From: Tubiluchus corallicola
Taxonomy: Eukaryota; Animalia; Priapulida
Length of the DNA stretch: 64,000 bases
Assembly (NCBI GenBank): GCA_030141605.1
Contig: JAQGDQ010000123.1
Span: 496,001-560,000, forward strand
Reading direction: 5' to 3'
Shown here: in pieces, positions 61,401 through 64,000 of the stretch
Layout: the number at the start of each line of letters is the position of its first letter
Numbering within the stretch: the first letter of the stretch is position 1
Translations under genes and position numbers: made by a program
Notes under the pieces: model-generated
The model's input: the letters and a program-made list of their open reading frames with translations, nothing else
Told to the model about the DNA's origin: nothing
Databases searched by the model: none

Positions 61401-64000
61401 AGGCGCATTCACACTGATATGAGACCATACAAATGTGATATTTGTTACAAGGATTTCAAGCTGCCCGATGGCTTAAAGGCACATAAGAAGACACATTCCG
61501 ATGAAAAACCATACTCGTGTAATATATGTGGTGCAAAATTCCGGCAAACAGCCCACGTAAAGGCACACATGTTAACCCATTCAGATGCTAAACCTTATAA
61601 GTGTGACACCTGTGATGCTTGTTTTAAGCAGTCAGCTCACTTAAAATCACATCTTGCTGTACACAGTGAAGAAAGAAAGTACTCATGTGATATTTGTTAT
61701 TCTGCTTTTAAAACATCTACTGCTCTAAACAGTCATAAAAGAATACATACTGATATAAAGCCTTATATATGTGCTACATGTGGCAATGCTTTCAAAACAC
61801 CAGACGGATTGAAATCTCACCAGATTAGTCATATGGATGAACGTCCGTTTGAATGTGATACATGTCATGCTAAATTTAAGCAATCCACAAACTTGAAATA
61901 TCACATGGTGGTGCATTCGGAAGAAAGAAATTATACATGTGATATATGTGACTCTGCTTTTAAAACTATGGCATATCTTACCACACATAAGCGTATTCAT
62001 ACAGAACTGCGTCCATACATTTGTGAATGTGGAAAAGACTTCAAGACACCTGATGGACTGAAATTGCATAAACGTACACACACAGGTGAGAAGCCATACT
62101 TCTGCAGTTTATGTGGTATGAGATTCAGGCAGTCAGGACATCTTAAATGTCACATGCAAACTATACATTCCGATTCTAAGCCATTTAAATGTGACACATG
62201 TGATGCATGTTTTAAACAGTCAGCAAACTTGCGCAGCCACATGGCCGTACATTCTGATATTCGTCCTTATCCATGTCCTATTTGTGAGGCCACTTTTAAA
62301 ACATCTACTTCATTAAGCAGCCATAAACGAATACACAGTGATATTAAACCACACATTTGTGACGTATGTGAAAAAGCATTTAAAACATCAGAAGGACTGA
62401 AGTCACACAAACACTCACACACAGATGCTAGACCCTTTGAGTGTGATACATGCCATGCCAAATTCAAGCAAGCAGGAAATTTAAAGAGCCACATGGTAGT
62501 GCATACTGAAGAACGTCCATGGACTTGTGATGTTTGTGAAGCCTCCTTTAAAACACAAGCATACCTTCATAGTCACAAACGTATCCACACTGATATAAGG
62601 CCTTACATTTGTGAATGTGGAAAAGATTTTAAAACACCCGATGCATTAAAACTTCATAAACGTACACATAGTGATGAAAAACCGTACGCTTGTGAAATTT
62701 GTCATTCAACATTTAAGCAGCTTGCCCATGTACGAGTTCACATGGCTACACATTCTGATCTCAAGCCATATAAATGTGACACTTGTAGTGCTAGCTTCAA
62801 GTTGGCAGCATATTTGAAAACCCACATGATTGTTCACACTGAAGAAAGACCATGGATATGTGACGTTTGCCAAGCTGCTTTTAAAACGTCTAGTTATCTT
62901 AGCTCACATAAGAAAATTCACACAGATTTGAGACCATACATTTGTGATCAGTGTGGAAAAGACTTCAAGCTTCCTGATGCCCTGAAACTTCACAAGAGAA
63001 CACATTCAAATCTAAGACCGTTTTCATGTGATGTATGTGGTCAGAAATTTCGGCAAACTGCACATGTTAAAGCACACATGCTTACGCATTCAGATTCAAA
63101 ACCATTCAAATGTGATACTTGTGATGCTTGTTTTAAACAGTCCGGGAATTTGAAATCTCATATGACAGTACATTCTGATGTTCGGGCTTACTGTTGCCCC
63201 ATATGCGGAACAGCTTTTAAAACAACCACATCATTAAACAGTCACAAACGGGTTCACAGTGACATTAAGCCTCATATCTGCTCCACTTGTGGCAAAGCTT
63301 TTAAAACTAGAGAAGGGCTAAAGTCACACAAATACACACACACAGATGAACGTCCATTTGCATGTGATACATGCAGTATGAGTTTTAAGCAATCCTCCAA
63401 TTTAAAAAGTCACATGATTGTGCATACTGATGTAAGACCACACGTTTGTGATATATGTCAGGCAGCTTTTAAAACAGTTAGTTACCTCACTAGTCATAAA
63501 CGAATTCACACAGATTTGAGACCATATAACTGCGAAATATGTGGAAAAGATTTCAAGTTACCAGATGGATTGAAACTCCATAAACGAATACACACCAATG
63601 AAAAACCTTTCTCGTGTGATACATGTCAAGCTGCCTTCAAGCAGTCTGCTCATCTCAAAGTTCATATGACAGTTCATACAGACGAGAGAAATCACATTTG
63701 TGATATATGTGAATCAGCTTTTAAAACTGCATCATACCTAGCCATTCATAAAAAAACACACAGTGATGTAAGACCTCATATCTGTGATATCTGTGGCAAG
63801 GGATTCAAGTTTACAGATGGGCTGAAAGCTCATAAAAAGACTCATACATCTGAGAAGCCATACCAATGTGAGATATGTTTTAGACGATTTCGACAAGGAG
63901 GACATTTAAAAATACATCTTCTTACACATTCTGACTCAAAACCTTTTAAATGTGACACATGTGATGCATGTTTTAAACAGTCTGGCCATTTAAAGGTTCA
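55479..64000 (+). CDS. Giant poly-C2H2 zinc-finger protein, single coding exon, >2840 aa, at least 77 fingers; runs off the window end
   Basis: ATG at 55479 (MNAYEMNEELQAAIEQLELEQ...), preceded by an acceptor TTTATTCACAG at 55420 and an in-frame TGA at 55422. Manual translation found no stop up to 64000 (ends ..FKCDTCDACFKQSGHLKV). The ORF track lists nothing in this frame, consistent with an ORF lacking a stop. Architecture: ~439-aa acidic N-terminus, 20 scattered fingers (56796-59160), then 57 tandem fingers with TGEKP-like linkers (TDERP, SDLKP, TNEKP) from 59247. Confidence 0.96.
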   Translation, partial: MNAYEMNEELQAAIEQLELEQIDLCGEQAGESSISELVYTNSIKNITSSVTDVGSVQQQQAGSQTRSAVTHATYQQQALSRINEFNVSLELMNTACVDSRDGLCALGTGTAVKDFVTLDEFQALQQNQMKESFSASGLLESLNNNEITNGTPEHLDNNENVFDTLQSEGYIETAIDSLGTLENNDVAVTIGSNALDINLLPFSQQDSDHSLSRQQHTTSQKVEINKQYELDLPIEDVTEQRLASDVTKQMCSDYGIDVKFSVENFTSMPVNNQDNDLNRDIDDSDSDSSDSDSNSDDFDNQDSIQNSVAPLNEKTSDSIINGSVFERNEAKVISGFPISLNSDNVEQLQVECKITNSPVNIEECQKYTIENSCKTILFKTDEQCECLDCGASLSNLLSSQEHLGLMTAVVKLCTCLQEGRKCLHYANEVSTSKLHVSELYSCHMCEITFHRLSALTNHMVMKHNDEDSTDNQSVAANYIQPPASLQKTHKCGICPASFSNVFNLQKHGRVVHSAIPKQYRCTKCTASFQALKNLTLHLRLHENEQQSFESQRIDKIATKTPTAGTDEASKPDQASKPDSIDKIPVNGIKKAGNTDEKSIKCRMCPAAFKHTASLKRHIQITHNKIKMYSCKLCPARFGVKSTVKKHMSDVHGGVPKKYKCQHCTASYRALKNLQRHMKLHIAKLQPVQEKKKNQYLCFLCSTRCSSADVLKEHIKTHSETKEPTADITTTPRKALLKIFKCNVCSVSFHSRLDRDVHLQTAHEKAKSTPEQQNSSLDSSICRVCKNSFNSKALLDQHMKQYKKLYECNACPAMFKVSTNRNKHVNNVHSGALKAFRCDVCGGGFHREYSLQSHMLLHNQAHKEQYKCDKCDFNCNSSEQLKTHIICKHSVTAQSPGIIIMDTPTVSLQKIKVEDSHAEAITIQESADMDFCEDMEHCCDICGKFFMKESELLVHEKVHMALKPYKCGICGLDFCDMSTLDIHQTSHTNKSYEAYTKMVAETSNSSCYVDFQNIGMRELHSSGNENLSNERKVPFGKKRERVYECDTCKKVFKDGGTLKVHKRIHTNERPYICHICQATFRQHHHLVRHVASHSDDKPFSCDVCGKRFKLSEYLTTHKAVHSQAKKFKCGVCGKDFRLYSDLRAHQKVHASKNAKTDGMFDNKLAFDSHDTSHSRLKPHKCPVCKNGFKVVRHMKIHLWSHSKNNMHYCLTCGKKFQSQVGLAVHKRIHIVKKELEEVVNASTNLTQYVTSTSKGKQYQCPVCEVKFAQSTYLSVHLRVHTGEKPYKCEVCNSRFRQRAHLKCHMFTHTDHKPFSCKICAASFKQLSALKKHGLVHTDLKPYKCDSCSAEFAQSTDLLNHIMVHNENRPYTCQTCFATFKTESFFNSHIKVHTHLKPHVCDECGKDFRIAANLTVHKRTHSNEKPYQCQICSKRFKQTGHLKVHLSIHADSKPYKCDSCGASFRQPGNLKSHQTVHTDERPHVCDICQSAFKTFSYLQSHKRIHTDLRPYSCTCGKTFKTPDGLKAHEKTHTDEKPYECRHCHARFKQQPHLKTHLLTHSTHKPYCCDTCDARFKQSSHLKVHMAVHSDVRPFPCHICGAAFKTSTSLSSHKRIHTDLKPYVCDVCNRAFKFSEGLKSHKKTHSADKPFSCDQCGACFKLAGYLKSHMLVHTEIRPYCCSTCGATFKTASYLHNHSKIHTDIRPHICHICGKGFKMSSNLRAHARTHSNEKPYSCDQCSAQFKQIAHLKMHVRTHSDLKPYKCDSCESRFRQSAHLKVHMAVHTESRPFACEICGAAFKTQSSLNSHKKIHTDIKPHSCDVCGKSFKFAVGLKTHRRIHTNERPFSCDTCHASFRQAGNLKSHMAVHTDVRPYACPTCQAAFKTSYYLQNHIRIHTTARPFQCDVCEKSFKFKEGLQSHKKTHTNERPFECDTCHARFKQAAYLRSHMLVHSDERNHFCDICGSAFKTAVYLANHRRIHTDMRPYKCDICYKDFKLPDGLKAHKKTHSDEKPYSCNICGAKFRQTAHVKAHMLTHSDAKPYKCDTCDACFKQSAHLKSHLAVHSEERKYSCDICYSAFKTSTALNSHKRIHTDIKPYICATCGNAFKTPDGLKSHQISHMDERPFECDTCHAKFKQSTNLKYHMVVHSEERNYTCDICDSAFKTMAYLTTHKRIHTELRPYICECGKDFKTPDGLKLHKRTHTGEKPYFCSLCGMRFRQSGHLKCHMQTIHSDSKPFKCDTCDACFKQSANLRSHMAVHSDIRPYPCPICEATFKTSTSLSSHKRIHSDIKPHICDVCEKAFKTSEGLKSHKHSHTDARPFECDTCHAKFKQAGNLKSHMVVHTEERPWTCDVCEASFKTQAYLHSHKRIHTDIRPYICECGKDFKTPDALKLHKRTHSDEKPYACEICHSTFKQLAHVRVHMATHSDLKPYKCDTCSASFKLAAYLKTHMIVHTEERPWICDVCQAAFKTSSYLSSHKKIHTDLRPYICDQCGKDFKLPDALKLHKRTHSNLRPFSCDVCGQKFRQTAHVKAHMLTHSDSKPFKCDTCDACFKQSGNLKSHMTVHSDVRAYCCPICGTAFKTTTSLNSHKRVHSDIKPHICSTCGKAFKTREGLKSHKYTHTDERPFACDTCSMSFKQSSNLKSHMIVHTDVRPHVCDICQAAFKTVSYLTSHKRIHTDLRPYNCEICGKDFKLPDGLKLHKRIHTNEKPFSCDTCQAAFKQSAHLKVHMTVHTDERNHICDICESAFKTASYLAIHKKTHSDVRPHICDICGKGFKFTDGLKAHKKTHTSEKPYQCEICFRRFRQGGHLKIHLLTHSDSKPFKCDTCDACFKQSGHLKV

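Noticed and set aside
55859-62494. Short ORFs in other frames and on the minus strand over the ZF gene
   Set aside because: Shadow frames of the repetitive ZF coding sequence. None resembles RAD54B or any other protein.
59247-64000. ZF array as PRDM9
   Set aside because: No KRAB, SSXRD or PR/SET domain in the ORF, an in-frame stop lies just upstream of the ATG, and the fingers are diverged at the DNA level rather than near-identical minisatellite units.

Overview
AT-rich, intron-rich animal genomic DNA (probably an invertebrate; I cannot assign the taxon). Four protein-coding genes can be reconstructed by hand. (1) A complete 5-exon VPS29 (minus, 18762-22363). (2) A complete 13-exon SEC14-like CRAL-TRIO+GOLD lipid-binding gene (plus, 23634-40035), head-to-head with VPS29. 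(3) The last six coding exons of RAD54B (minus, 43668-49947). (4) A giant single-exon C2H2 zinc-finger ORF (plus, 55479 to >64000, >2840 codons) that the ORF track misses because it has no stop in the window. By manual translation the last carries at least 77 fingers, 57 of them uninterrupted. These are organised as repeating 3- and 4-finger modules with a 7-finger (588 nt) super-repeat, and have no Arg at any base-contact position. The gene appears to sit antisense inside a RAD54B intron. The rest is decayed LINEs, a putative solo LTR, hAT/Tc1-mariner/Kolobok-type MITEs (one nested pair), 58-, 29- and 30-bp minisatellites, and microsatellites.
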